From an uncultured Gammaproteobacteria bacterium (GTDB lineage: Bacteria > Patescibacteriota > Patescibacteriia > Magasanikbacterales > GWA2-37-8), in NCBI GenBank assembly GCA_964540825.1, contig CAZINT010000001.1, positions 69,315 to 133,314 of the forward strand: a stretch of DNA of 64,000 nucleotides, written 5' to 3'. Both the position numbers and the translations under genes were made by a program. Under the pieces are notes generated by a model that saw only the letters and a list, made by a program, of their open reading frames with translations, did no database searches and had not been told where the DNA came from. Positions 31,185 to 41,420 of the stretch are shown piece after piece; the stretch's first letter is position 1; each line of letters begins with the position of its first letter.

Positions 31185-31378
31185 TAAGGCTCCGTTGTCA
31201 GAGTGCATATTTTTAGGAGCCGGGCTCCTAGGGATTCCCGTGACGATTATCACGGGCACCTGTTGAGAGGAAGGTGGCAAGCCTAGCACAAAAAAACCAT
31301 TTTTGTCAATGGTTGAGCGGTTTTTTGTTATTGCCAAGCTAATTATTATTTGGTACAGTACGCGAGTTATTATATTAT

Positions 31379-32563
31379 ATGATTTCTCTAACTGTAGCTC
31401 AAAAACGAAGTGGCCCGATTAAAGGCCGACACCCGTGGGTATTCTCCGGGGCTCTCCTCAAAATTCCCGAAGGTCTCAAAAGCGGGGACACCGTAAAACT
31501 CGTTGATGAAACCGGTGCTTTTTTAGCGCACGGCTATTTTAATTCATATTCCCAAATTGCTGTTCGTCTCTGGAGCTGGGATGTAGACGAAACTATTGAT
31601 CAATCATTTTTTGAAAAAAGAATTCTGTCGGCGCTTGACGTGCGCGAACGCTTTGTGGCCAGCAAAGAAACGAATGGTTACCGTGTCGTATATGGTGAGA
31701 ATGATTTACTTCCTGGACTGGTTGTTGATCGCTATGCCGACTATGCAGTGGTTCAATTTCACAACGCCGGTATCGCAGCGTGGAAAAAAGAAATTACCGC
31801 GGCGCTGATAAGCATTCTCGAGCCAAAAGGAATTTACGAACGTTCCGATATGAAAACGCGTCACCTTGAAGCAGGGGAGACGGAAGAAAAAAATAATTTG
31901 CTCTACGGCAAAGTTCCGGACCAGATTAAAATCAAAGAAAACGGATTTACCTTTGTGGTTGATGTTAAGACCGGTCAGAAGACAGGGTTTTTCTTGGATC
32001 AGCGTGACAAACGCGCGGCGCTTCAGAAATACGTGAAAGGAAAACATGTTTTGAATTGTTTTTCCTATACTGGTGGCTTTAGCGTCTATGCTGCTGCGGC
32101 CGGAGCCAAAAGTGTGACGAGCGTGGACGGCTCGGAATCGGCACTCCATCTTGCTGAAGAAAATTTTAAGGTTAATAAACTTGATGAGAAAAAAGCTGAA
32201 TTTATTTTGGCTGATGTAAAACAGTATTTGCCTGAACAAAAGAAGGGCAGCTTTGACGTCATTATCCTCGATCCGCCAGCTTTTGTAAAAGATCGCCATA
32301 AAGTTAGGGAAGGACTGCAGGGATATCGTAAAATCAATGAAATGGCCTTGCGAATTCTGCCTGAAAACGGTATTCTGGTAACAGCGTCGTGCTCGGCGCA
32401 TGTTTCGATGCAAGATTTTCGGTTTATGTTGTCAGAGGCCGCTGCACGAACAGGCCGAACAGTGCAGATTATCGAAACGTTTACGCACGGCATCGATCAC
32501 CCCGAGCTCGTCGCATTTACGGAAGGGGAGTACCTTAAATGTCTGTTTGCGATTGTTCGTTAA
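31379..32563 (+). CDS. rlmI: RlmI-like SAM-dependent rRNA methyltransferase with PUA domain
   Basis: GRHPWVFSG, GQKTGFFLDQR, FSYTGGFS, ILDPPAF, EGEYLK. Confidence 0.88.
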   Translation: MISLTVAQKRSGPIKGRHPWVFSGALLKIPEGLKSGDTVKLVDETGAFLAHGYFNSYSQIAVRLWSWDVDETIDQSFFEKRILSALDVRERFVASKETNGYRVVYGENDLLPGLVVDRYADYAVVQFHNAGIAAWKKEITAALISILEPKGIYERSDMKTRHLEAGETEEKNNLLYGKVPDQIKIKENGFTFVVDVKTGQKTGFFLDQRDKRAALQKYVKGKHVLNCFSYTGGFSVYAAAAGAKSVTSVDGSESALHLAEENFKVNKLDEKKAEFILADVKQYLPEQKKGSFDVIILDPPAFVKDRHKVREGLQGYRKINEMALRILPENGILVTASCSAHVSMQDFRFMLSEAAARTGRTVQIIETFTHGIDHPELVAFTEGEYLKCLFAIVR

Positions 32564-32565
32564 AC

Positions 32566-32790
32566 ATGAAAGATGTTCTATATTTTGTATTGGGCCTGGT
32601 AATGATTTTTATTGCACAGCTTATCGGGGCAGGCTTTTTTTGGCTTCTTCACGGTAATGGAACACCGCAAGAGTTCTGGAGTGAATTCGACAAGGGGATT
32701 GTGTTTCGTAACGAAGTCGTCGGTGGGTTCATTTTGGTGCTTATTATGTATATTATTTTAGAAATAACCGGTAAAATTAATTTTCTATGA
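32566..32790 (+). CDS. Small two-TM membrane protein
   Basis: 74-aa hydrophobic ORF; stop overlaps the gap start. Confidence 0.6.
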   Translation: MKDVLYFVLGLVMIFIAQLIGAGFFWLLHGNGTPQEFWSEFDKGIVFRNEVVGGFILVLIMYIILEITGKINFL

Positions 32791-33788
32791 TTACTATCGC
32801 TATCAATGGTTTTGGTCGTATTGGTCGCCAGGCGTTCCGTGCCGGATTTGGAAAAAAGAATGTGTCCTTTGTCGGTATCAATGACTTAACTGACACCAAA
32901 ACACTCGCGCATCTTTTAAAGCATGATACTTCGTATGGCGCCTATGACCACGAGGTAAGTTTTGACGAAAAAAATATTATTGTCGACGGTACTAAAATTC
33001 CGGTGTTTGCCGAAAAAGATCCAAGCGTTTTGCCGTGGGGAAAAATGAATGTCGATGTTGTGCTTGAGTGCACGGGCCGTTTTACAGAAAAGGCTGGGGC
33101 CGAGCTTCACATCAAAGCCGGTGCTAAAAAAGTAATTGTCAGCGCGCCGGCAAAAGGTGGTGTGCCCACCTACGTCCTCGGTGTTAATTCCGATTTCCTA
33201 TCCAAGGAAACCTCAGAAGTCATTAATAATGCTTCTTGCACCACAAACTGCATTTCACCGGTTATGTTTGTGCTTGAAAAAAACTTTGGGATTGAAAAAG
33301 CAATGATGACCACGGTGCATGGTTATACCGCTGACCAAAATTTACAGGATGGCCCCCACAAAGATCTGCGCCGCGCCCGTGCAGCAGCAGAAAATATTGT
33401 TCCTACCACTACGGGTGCGGCACTAGCTACCACCGAAGCAATTCCATCGCTCGTTGGCAGGTTTGACGGTGTCGCGATTCGTGTGCCAGTGCCGAACGTA
33501 TCGCTTTCTGATATCACGGTCGTTCTTAAAGAAGACGTTACTATTGAGCGAGTAAATCAGGCATTTATTACTGCTGCCAGCGGAAGTACATTCAAAAATA
33601 TTTTAGGCACAACTTCGGAAGAATTAGTATCGTCAGATTTTCGAGGCAGCAGTTTTTCGGCCGTGGTGGATTTAAAATTAACGAATGTGGTTGGAGGAAA
33701 TCTGGTAAAGGTTGTTGCTTGGTATGATAATGAATACGGTTACGCGCACCGGTTAGTTGAGATGGCTGAAGAGTTTGGTAAAAAGTAA
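32787..33788 (+). CDS. gap: Glyceraldehyde-3-phosphate dehydrogenase type I
   Basis: INGFGRIGR, NASCTTNC, WYDNEYGY. Confidence 0.97.
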   Translation: MITIAINGFGRIGRQAFRAGFGKKNVSFVGINDLTDTKTLAHLLKHDTSYGAYDHEVSFDEKNIIVDGTKIPVFAEKDPSVLPWGKMNVDVVLECTGRFTEKAGAELHIKAGAKKVIVSAPAKGGVPTYVLGVNSDFLSKETSEVINNASCTTNCISPVMFVLEKNFGIEKAMMTTVHGYTADQNLQDGPHKDLRRARAAAENIVPTTTGAALATTEAIPSLVGRFDGVAIRVPVPNVSLSDITVVLKEDVTIERVNQAFITAASGSTFKNILGTTSEELVSSDFRGSSFSAVVDLKLTNVVGGNLVKVVAWYDNEYGYAHRLVEMAEEFGKK

Positions 33789-33841
33789 ACTGAAATGCGA
33801 AACCTCCCGGGTGCGGGAGGTGGTGTGGCTCAGAACGAGCT

Positions 33842-34075
33842 TCAGCTGAGCGGGTGGTGGGCGGCGTAGTAGGCCGCGCAGGTGAGGATGGTAAGGCCGA
33901 TGAAGATCGGCAACCAGACAGTTTTGAGCCATCCAGCCGCTTTGGGCGTGCCTTGCAAGAGCAGGGCACGCAGGGTTGTCACGACGATCATGGCGGCGCA
34001 GAACACTGCTGCGGCGAAGCAGAGCGTCGTTGCCAGGGTGAACAGGTTCATCTGGCCCTGCATGTTTGGATCCAT
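33842..34075 (-). CDS. Orphan small two-TM membrane protein (GC-rich cassette 4)
   Basis: GAGGAGG 5 nt before ATG; promoter TTGACA-17-TATTTT at 34132-34104; C/G-ending codons; 3' hairpin CCTCCCG/CGGGAGG. Confidence 0.7.
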   Translation of the reverse strand: MDPNMQGQMNLFTLATTLCFAAAVFCAAMIVVTTLRALLLQGTPKAAGWLKTVWLPIFIGLTILTCAAYYAAHHPLS

Positions 34076-34147
34076 TGGTCCCTCCTCGGTAAAAGAGCTA
34101 GATAAAATATCCTATTTAACAATTCTTGTCAAGATAAAATACTTTAT

Positions 34148-35539
34148 ATGAAACGTAGTTTAAGTGTAGAAACAGTAGGGCAGGTTGGTCAGGAAGTTGT
34201 CCTCAAGGGCTGGATCAATGCCCGGCGCAACATGGGCAAGATTGTGTTTTTGGATTTGCGTGATCGAGAAGGAATTACGCAGCTCGTGGGCGTTCCTGCT
34301 GAACTTGATGAGGCCTCACAAGAGCGCCTCAAAGAAGTCCGTCCGGAGTGGGTAATCGAAGTGCGTGGTATCGTGAAAGAACGCGGTGAAAAACAAAAAA
34401 ACCCGGCTATGGCTACGGGTACGATTGAAGTTTTATTGAAAGAACTGATTGTTCTTAACACAGCTGAAACACCGCCCTTTGAAATCGATAAGGATACTAA
34501 AGGCATCACTGAAGAACTTCGCCTTAAATATCGCTATTTAGATTTGCGCAGTGAACGCATGCAGAAAAATATTCGTTTGCGCGACAAAATTATTACGTTT
34601 TTCCGGAGCTACATGCACGACAATGGCTTTTTGGAAGTTGAGACGCCGATCCTGATGAAGGGGACTCCAGAAGGCTCGCGTGAATATATTGTGCCTTCGC
34701 GTCTTCATTCCGGACAATTTTATGTCTTACCGCAGTCACCGCAGCAGTTTAAGCAGCTCCTTATGGTTTCCGGGTTTGAGCGTTATTTTCAAATTGCCCG
34801 CTGCTTCCGCGATGAAGATCAGCGCGGGGATCGTCAGCCGGAGTTCACGCAGCTTGATTTTGAAATGTCATTCGTAAAGCAAGAAGATATTTTGACGTAT
34901 ACCGAAGCGATGTTTATCGAGCTAGTAAAGCAGGTTGCGCCGGAAAAAACCATTTCTACTACACCATTCCCGCGTCTTACCTACGCTGAAGCAGTAGCGC
35001 AATATGGCAGCGATAAGCCGGATATGCGTAAAGATAAAAACGATCCAAATGAGCTCGCTTTTTGCTGGGTGCTTGATTTTCCAATGTTTGAAAAAGATGA
35101 AGAAGGAAATATCCAAGCCATGCATCATCCTTTTTGCAGTGTGAAAGAAGGGGATGAAGCACTGCTTGATACTGACCCGATGAAAGTTCGAGCGAACGCG
35201 TATGATCTAGTCTTAAATGGTTTTGAGCTGAGTAGCGGCAGTATTCGTATTCATACGCGCGATATGCAGAAAAAGATTTTTGATTTGTTGCAGATTAGCG
35301 AGCAAGATCAACAAGAACGCTTCGGCCATATGCTTGAGGCCTTTACCTTTGGCGCGCCACCGCACGGTGGTTTTGCGCCGGGAATTGATCGCATCGTTAT
35401 GCTCCTTGCGGGTGAACCTAACATCCGCGAAGTGATTGCCTTCCCGAAGACGGGCGACGCGCGCGATCTCATGATGGGTGCGCCATCAACGCTTCCAAGC
35501 AAAACACTCGACGAAGTTCATGTATCCCTCAAAAAATAA
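34148..35539 (+). CDS. aspS: Aspartate-tRNA ligase (short, lacking the GAD insert)
   Basis: OB-fold, LRLKYRYLDLR, LPQSPQQFKQ, CFRDED..RQPEFTQLD, GAPPHGGFAPGIDR; only 463 aa. Confidence 0.94.
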   Translation: MKRSLSVETVGQVGQEVVLKGWINARRNMGKIVFLDLRDREGITQLVGVPAELDEASQERLKEVRPEWVIEVRGIVKERGEKQKNPAMATGTIEVLLKELIVLNTAETPPFEIDKDTKGITEELRLKYRYLDLRSERMQKNIRLRDKIITFFRSYMHDNGFLEVETPILMKGTPEGSREYIVPSRLHSGQFYVLPQSPQQFKQLLMVSGFERYFQIARCFRDEDQRGDRQPEFTQLDFEMSFVKQEDILTYTEAMFIELVKQVAPEKTISTTPFPRLTYAEAVAQYGSDKPDMRKDKNDPNELAFCWVLDFPMFEKDEEGNIQAMHHPFCSVKEGDEALLDTDPMKVRANAYDLVLNGFELSSGSIRIHTRDMQKKIFDLLQISEQDQQERFGHMLEAFTFGAPPHGGFAPGIDRIVMLLAGEPNIREVIAFPKTGDARDLMMGAPSTLPSKTLDEVHVSLKK

Positions 35540-35545
35540 TTTTCT

Positions 35546-36238
35546 ATGGCGACAAGCGTCAAATTGAAACAATTTGAAGGACCGCTTGATTTGCTGTTGT
35601 CGCTTATCGAGCAGCAACAAATGAATATTAGCGAAGTCTCACTCTCGGATATTACTGAACAATATTTGAAATGGGTGAGCGAGCTCGAGGAACGTTCCGA
35701 AGAATTGGCGGATTTTTTGGTGATCGCTACCAAGCTTTTATATCTTAAATCTCGCTTACTGCTTCCATACCTTTATCCTGCTGAAGAAGAAAACGGGGTA
35801 GGTTTGGCGGATCAGCTTAAGCTCTATAAGCGGTTTGTGGCGGCGAGCGAGCATGTCCACGAGCTCTGGCAGCGTCTTTTTATCAGTTATGGTAGAATAG
35901 AGCCTCCCCTAAAACAGGAAGGATTCACCGTTCCGGCCAATGCGCTGCCAGACAATCTGCATTCGAGTATGCACCTCCTGCTGAAGCGGCTTAAACCGGT
36001 TAATCCGCTCCCGCAGTTGTCGATTGATCGGACTGTTTCGGTCAAAGAACGGATTGAGTCCATCTACGAGGCGCTGCAAAAAATTAAACAGCTTAGTTTT
36101 AAACAAATGCTTGGAAAGACTGAAAGTCGCAGTGAAGTAATCATTACGTTTTTGGCGATTCTTGAATTGGTTAAACAAGAAAAAGTTTCTATTGATCAGG
36201 TCGACAGTTTTGCCGACATGATGCTTAAAAAAGTGTAA
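35546..36238 (+). CDS. scpA: Segregation and condensation protein A
   Basis: FEGPLDLLLSLI, LYLKSRLLLP, TFLAILEL. Confidence 0.94.
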   Translation: MATSVKLKQFEGPLDLLLSLIEQQQMNISEVSLSDITEQYLKWVSELEERSEELADFLVIATKLLYLKSRLLLPYLYPAEEENGVGLADQLKLYKRFVAASEHVHELWQRLFISYGRIEPPLKQEGFTVPANALPDNLHSSMHLLLKRLKPVNPLPQLSIDRTVSVKERIESIYEALQKIKQLSFKQMLGKTESRSEVIITFLAILELVKQEKVSIDQVDSFADMMLKKV

Positions 36239-36244
36239 TAGCGT

Positions 36245-36799
36245 ATGTCACTCCGTTCTCAATTAGAATCTGTTTTATTTGTTGCGAGTAAACCCCTGAC
36301 GCTCAAAAAGCTGGCAGCAGTGCTTGCAGTTAGCGAAGAAGAAACCGAAAGCTTGCTTAAGGAAGTCGCTGTGCGCTACAATGACCCAGACTCGGGTATT
36401 GTGCTCATACAAAATAACGATGAATGGCAGTTGGTGTCACGAGCAGAAAATCGTGAATTAACTGAACAATTTTTAAAAGCCGAAATTACCGAAGAATTAA
36501 CTCGTCCGCAGCTAGAAACATTGACGGTTATTTCGTATTGCGGTCCGATTACCAAGCCTGAGCTTGAGCAGATTCGCGGTGTTAACTGCAGCATTATCCT
36601 GCGTAACCTTATGCTCCGGGGCCTCGTTAAAGAACTCGATGATGAACTGCACTTGTTGCCGCGCTATCAAATAACAATGGAATATTTGCGTCACTTGGGT
36701 TTAACGAGTGTTGAAGAACTCCCCGAGTATAACGAACTCCATGCCCACGAATTTGTGGAAACAATTCGTGCTGCGAGCGCTCCGCTGTCTAACGGTTAA
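36245..36799 (+). CDS. scpB: Segregation and condensation protein B
   Basis: LESVLF, LETLTVISY..PITKPELEQIRGV. Confidence 0.94.
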   Translation: MSLRSQLESVLFVASKPLTLKKLAAVLAVSEEETESLLKEVAVRYNDPDSGIVLIQNNDEWQLVSRAENRELTEQFLKAEITEELTRPQLETLTVISYCGPITKPELEQIRGVNCSIILRNLMLRGLVKELDDELHLLPRYQITMEYLRHLGLTSVEELPEYNELHAHEFVETIRAASAPLSNG

Positions 36800-36804
36800 T
36801 AGGT

Positions 36805-37827
36805 ATGTTTAAAACCAAACTCCTTAATTTTATTTCGAGCTACGGCACCATGGGGCTTGGTGTTATTTTGCTGTTTACCGGATCGGTTTTTTTCACTCAA
36901 GCCAAGACGGAAAAATATCACCCTTTCCCGGTAGCTGGAAACCGTTCTGATGCGGGGATTGGCGGAGATATACATGTAACGCTGCCTGCAGCGCAGCCGA
37001 CCATACCTCTCCTTAAAAATGTGAGCAGTACGTTTGACACTGTGCTGAGTGCCCCTGCGGTTATTGCGGTTGACGATGTCTCGGGAGCAATTCTCTATAG
37101 TAAAAATGCCGATGCCGTTCGCCCCCTGGCCAGTATTACCAAGCTCATGACCGCACTTGTGCTTCTTGACCTGCCAGTTTCTTGGGCGAGCACAACTATT
37201 ATTACCGCTGAAGATTGGGACGGTGAAAGTCATTTAGTTGAAGTGGGTGAAAAATATACCTTAGAAGATCTTTGGCATATTGCGCTGATTGGTTCTTCAA
37301 ATACTGCTATTAGCGCACTGGTGAGGAGTAGTGGTGTTTCAAGCACGCAATTTGTAGCGCTTATGAATGCTAAGGCGCAAAGTCTTGGTCTTACCACAGC
37401 CTCATTTATAGAACCGACGGGTTTACATAGCGGCAATGTGGCCAGCCCCAGTGATACGGTTGTGCTTCTAAAAGAAGCGGTGCGGCGCGACAAAATTTTT
37501 AAAGCACTTCATACGGGCGAATACTATGCTTCGCCGCTGGGCGGTGCTAAACAGCGGCGTATTTGGAGTACTAATTGGCTCCTTACCAAGTGGATCCCTA
37601 ATGAGTTTAGTGTTGAAAATATTGTCGGAAAAACTGGGTACATTAATGATTCTTTGTATAATTTTACAGTGAGACTTACCGATGAGCGCGGGCATGCCGT
37701 CCGCGTGGCGGTGCTCGGGGCTGCAACTGCGGAGGATCGTTTTACCGAAGCACGGGACAGTGCCATGTGGGTCTTTAAAAATTATGTTTGGCCGGGAGAT
37801 CCGGGTTACGATACGCTCGCTGAATAG
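36805..37827 (+). CDS. D-Ala-D-Ala carboxypeptidase/endopeptidase (peptidase S11)
   Basis: PLASITKLMT (SxxK), SSN, KTG motifs; N-terminal TM. Confidence 0.88.
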   Translation: MFKTKLLNFISSYGTMGLGVILLFTGSVFFTQAKTEKYHPFPVAGNRSDAGIGGDIHVTLPAAQPTIPLLKNVSSTFDTVLSAPAVIAVDDVSGAILYSKNADAVRPLASITKLMTALVLLDLPVSWASTTIITAEDWDGESHLVEVGEKYTLEDLWHIALIGSSNTAISALVRSSGVSSTQFVALMNAKAQSLGLTTASFIEPTGLHSGNVASPSDTVVLLKEAVRRDKIFKALHTGEYYASPLGGAKQRRIWSTNWLLTKWIPNEFSVENIVGKTGYINDSLYNFTVRLTDERGHAVRVAVLGAATAEDRFTEARDSAMWVFKNYVWPGDPGYDTLAE

Positions 37828-37881
37828 AAAAGACATTCAAAGTGTGCTATACTAAATTAGTAGCACGCTTTTTATTTTAGT

Positions 37882-39048
37882 ATGAACGTAAAGTTACTCA
37901 AAGATGGTGCAAAAATATCCCGGCGACGAGTGCTTTTGAGGGTTGATTTTAATGTTCCTTTAAAAAATGGAAAAGTAGTGGATGATTTTAAGATTGCTCA
38001 GACACTGCCAACAATTGAATATCTGCTTAAACATAAAGCGGAGATATTTATTGTCAGTCATTTAGGTAGGCCCGAGCGTGCAATAGCAGCTTTAAGCCTA
38101 AAACCCGTGTGCGACCATTTAGCTAAAATGCTGAAGACAAAAATTGTCTTTACAACATTAGAAAAATTAGAAAAAAATAAAAAAACCGCTACGCCGATTA
38201 CTTTTTTAGAAAATATTCGATTTTATAAAGAAGAAGAAAAAAATACCCCAGCCTTCGCCCAACGTCTCGCTGCTTTGGCTGATGTGTTTGTACTCGATGG
38301 TTTCGGTGTAAGCCATCGCGCTGCCGCATCAGTCGTTGGCGTAGCTCGTTATCTGCCCACCTATGCTGGACTGCTGTTAGCGGCTGAAATTAGCGGGCTC
38401 GACCATGTTTTACGCAAACCAAAAAAGCCGTTTGTAGTCGTGCTTGGTGGGGCAAAAATGGAAACTAAAATTCCTGTCCTCAAAAAATTACTACCACTAG
38501 CGGATCACATATTGGTTGGTGGCGGTTTAGCTAATACCTATTACGCATCGCAAGGCTGTAAAGTCGGGAAGTCTTTGGTGGAAAAAAAATTTATTGCTGA
38601 AATGCGGCAATTAGGTAAAAAGAAAAAAATAATTTTCCCCATCGATGCAGTGTATGGAACACAGAGAGGTAAAAAAATTGGGGTTATGTCAGTCGTTCCC
38701 AAATCTAGATTACCCGATCAAGCGCTTGGAATTTATGATATTGGGCCAAAAACAATTCAGCTATTCGCCAAGTATATACGCAATGCCGAAACAATTGTGT
38801 GGAACGGTGCGCTCGGCTTTTTTGAATGCAGCCCCTATAATTTTGGTACGTACGCTCTAGCGGGGGCCATTGCTGCCCGGGCAAAGGGTAGAGCATTTGG
38901 AGTTGTCGGCGGCGGCGAAACAGTTGAAGTTGTTGCGAAGCTCGGCTTGCTTAAGCAAATTGACTTGGTTTCAACCGGCGGGGGAGCAATGCTTGAATTT
39001 CTCAGTGGAGTAAAGTTGCCGGGTGTTGCAGTAGTAACAAAAAAATAA
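37882..39048 (+). CDS. pgk: Phosphoglycerate kinase
   Basis: RVDFNVP, SHLGRP, LENIRF, STGGGAMLEFL. Confidence 0.96.
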   Translation: MNVKLLKDGAKISRRRVLLRVDFNVPLKNGKVVDDFKIAQTLPTIEYLLKHKAEIFIVSHLGRPERAIAALSLKPVCDHLAKMLKTKIVFTTLEKLEKNKKTATPITFLENIRFYKEEEKNTPAFAQRLAALADVFVLDGFGVSHRAAASVVGVARYLPTYAGLLLAAEISGLDHVLRKPKKPFVVVLGGAKMETKIPVLKKLLPLADHILVGGGLANTYYASQGCKVGKSLVEKKFIAEMRQLGKKKKIIFPIDAVYGTQRGKKIGVMSVVPKSRLPDQALGIYDIGPKTIQLFAKYIRNAETIVWNGALGFFECSPYNFGTYALAGAIAARAKGRAFGVVGGGETVEVVAKLGLLKQIDLVSTGGGAMLEFLSGVKLPGVAVVTKK

Positions 39049-39113
39049 AAGCACTATATTTAATTAACCTAAGCAGTCTCTCTGACGAGGATTGTTTATT
39101 AAGGAGTAAAAGT

Positions 39114-40016
39114 ATGCCAACGAATAGTCGACCAATGATGTCCGAGCCGCCGCGACGCGCTCCCACATCTCCTCTGGCCCCGCCACCAGGAGACATAGAT
39201 CCGAAAAATGGTCACCACCACGATCCGTGGTATAACCGCGGTAGTTTTTTTAGAAAATTCATGAGTGCACTGGTGGGTGTGCTTCTCGTATACGTTATTT
39301 TTTACGTTGGCACGCTGATCCGTAACAATATTAAAAAATATGATTCTATCGGTCAGGCTGACCGCATGGAGCGTACTATTACCATCAATGGCTATGGCAA
39401 AGTAACGGGCAATAATGACATTGCAGTTACTTCGATTGGATACTCCAATACCGACAAAGATGTTTCGGTTGCGCAGGCCGCCAACAAAAAAACCATGGAT
39501 AGTATCACGACTGAATTGACCCGTATGGGAATTGATCCAAAAGATCTGCAAACTGACTACACAATCTATCCTGATTATAATTATACGCAGGATAAGGGCC
39601 AGGAACTCAAAGGATATCGCGTCGCAAGCAACATCACGATCAAAATTCGTGATTTAAGTAAGATTCCAACTATTCTTTCCTTAGCCGGGAAGTACGGCGC
39701 TACTCAGGTTAGCGGCCTTAATTTTACGATTGACGACACTGAAAATCTGAAAACACAAGCTCGCGATAAAGCTTTAGCAAATGCTCATCAGAAAGCTGCG
39801 GATTTGGCAGCTGCACTCGGGGTCCGTATGGTAAGTGTCTTATCATATAGTGAGTATGAGGGTAATAACGGTTACGATATGTATAGTAAGTCTGCTGCAT
39901 ATCCAATGGGCGCCGGTGTATCAGCCGAGGCCTATGCGCCACAAGTAGCTTCTGGCAGCAAAGATGTCGAAATGAATGTTGCCATCACCTACGAAATTCA
40001 ACCCCTCAAAAAATAG
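39114..40016 (+). CDS. SIMPL/DUF541 domain protein
   Basis: TITINGYGKV, IYPDYNY, GYRVASNITIKIRD, ARDKALANA; N-terminal TM. Confidence 0.85.
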   Translation: MPTNSRPMMSEPPRRAPTSPLAPPPGDIDPKNGHHHDPWYNRGSFFRKFMSALVGVLLVYVIFYVGTLIRNNIKKYDSIGQADRMERTITINGYGKVTGNNDIAVTSIGYSNTDKDVSVAQAANKKTMDSITTELTRMGIDPKDLQTDYTIYPDYNYTQDKGQELKGYRVASNITIKIRDLSKIPTILSLAGKYGATQVSGLNFTIDDTENLKTQARDKALANAHQKAADLAAALGVRMVSVLSYSEYEGNNGYDMYSKSAAYPMGAGVSAEAYAPQVASGSKDVEMNVAITYEIQPLKK

Positions 40017-40147
40017 TAATTTCAAGTTTAAAAGAGCCCTTATAGCAGGGCTCTTTTATTTTTAGCTGCCGACGGCTGGTACTATCTTCGTGGCTGATTT
40101 GGCGCTACTGTGGTATACTATTTTTTGAACCTTAATCTTTTTTGTGT

Positions 40148-41395
40148 ATGAAAATCAAGTCTATCAGTGCACGGGAGGTGCTGGACTCGCGAGGCAATCC
40201 GACAGTCGAAGGTAAAGTGGTGTTAGAAAATGGTTTAGTTGCCACCGCTAAAGTTCCTTCGGGCGCTTCAACCGGCACCCATGAAGCGCTCGAGCTTCGT
40301 GATGGCGGTAAACGCTACGGTGGTAAAGGCGTGCTTAAGGCAGTACGAAATGTTAACGCCCTTATCGCTAAAGCTTTGGTAGGTAAAGACGTAGAACAGC
40401 TCGCCCTTCTTGACCGCACCATGATTGAACTTGATGGAACAAAAAATAAAGCTCGTTTAGGCGCGAATGCTATTTTAGCCGTGTCGCTGGCCGCAGCACG
40501 CGTCGGAGCTTTAGCAATGAATCTGCCGCTGTATCAGTATATTCGCTATATCTATAAAATTCCGGAAAAAGGCTATCGTTTGCCGGTTGCTACTATGAAT
40601 ATTTTAAACGGCGGCAGACATGCTGATAATGGACTTTCCATTCAGGAGTTTATGATTATCCCCAAGGCCCCCCTCATGCGCGAACGGGTGCGTATGGGTT
40701 CGCAGATTTTTCATTCGCTGGCCAATTTATTGGGACAAAAAGGATATGTTACGAGTGTGGGGGATGAAGGTGGGTTTGCACCCGAACTCCTTAATAATGA
40801 ACGGGGTCTTCAGTTAATTGTCGAAGCAATTAAGTCAGCTGGTTGGACACCAGGAAAACATGTGTTTTTAGGATTAGACTTAGCTTCGTCTGAATTTTAT
40901 CACAATGGTAAATATTATTTTATTAACAAAAAACAAGGGTGGCGCGGTGAAAAAATGATTGAAGTTTTGGAAGGCTGGGTCAAGAAATATCCGCTCGTTT
41001 CGCTGGAAGACGCTCTTAGCGAAGACGATTGGACTAATTGGCAACTCCTTACCAAATCACTCGGCCGAAAAGTAAGTTTGATTGGGGACGACTTGTTCGT
41101 TACTAACCCCGAGCGCCTTACCAAAGGTATAGAACAAAAAGTCGCCAATGGTATTTTAATTAAAGTAAATCAGATTGGCACGCTTACCGAAACGATTGAA
41201 ACGATTTTACTCGCCAAAAAACATGGCTATCGCATCAGTGTTTCGCACCGGAGCGGTGAAACTTCTGATACTTTCATTGCCGACCTCAGCGTTGCGGTCA
41301 ATGCGGACTTTATCAAAACCGGTTCTATGTCACGTTCAGAGCGCGTGGAGAAATATAACCGCTTGATGGAAATTGAAGTAGAGTTGGGTTTATAG
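40148..41395 (+). CDS. eno: Enolase
   Basis: [40 protein letters not shown]. Confidence 0.97.
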   Translation: MKIKSISAREVLDSRGNPTVEGKVVLENGLVATAKVPSGASTGTHEALELRDGGKRYGGKGVLKAVRNVNALIAKALVGKDVEQLALLDRTMIELDGTKNKARLGANAILAVSLAAARVGALAMNLPLYQYIRYIYKIPEKGYRLPVATMNILNGGRHADNGLSIQEFMIIPKAPLMRERVRMGSQIFHSLANLLGQKGYVTSVGDEGGFAPELLNNERGLQLIVEAIKSAGWTPGKHVFLGLDLASSEFYHNGKYYFINKKQGWRGEKMIEVLEGWVKKYPLVSLEDALSEDDWTNWQLLTKSLGRKVSLIGDDLFVTNPERLTKGIEQKVANGILIKVNQIGTLTETIETILLAKKHGYRISVSHRSGETSDTFIADLSVAVNADFIKTGSMSRSERVEKYNRLMEIEVELGL

Positions 41396-41420
41396 TTTTT
41401 TGCAGTAATTAAGGAGTACC

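Noticed and set aside
34148-35539. aspS or uvrC as truncated pseudogenes
   Set aside because: Catalytic motifs are intact with clean in-frame domain losses, consistent with streamlined forms.
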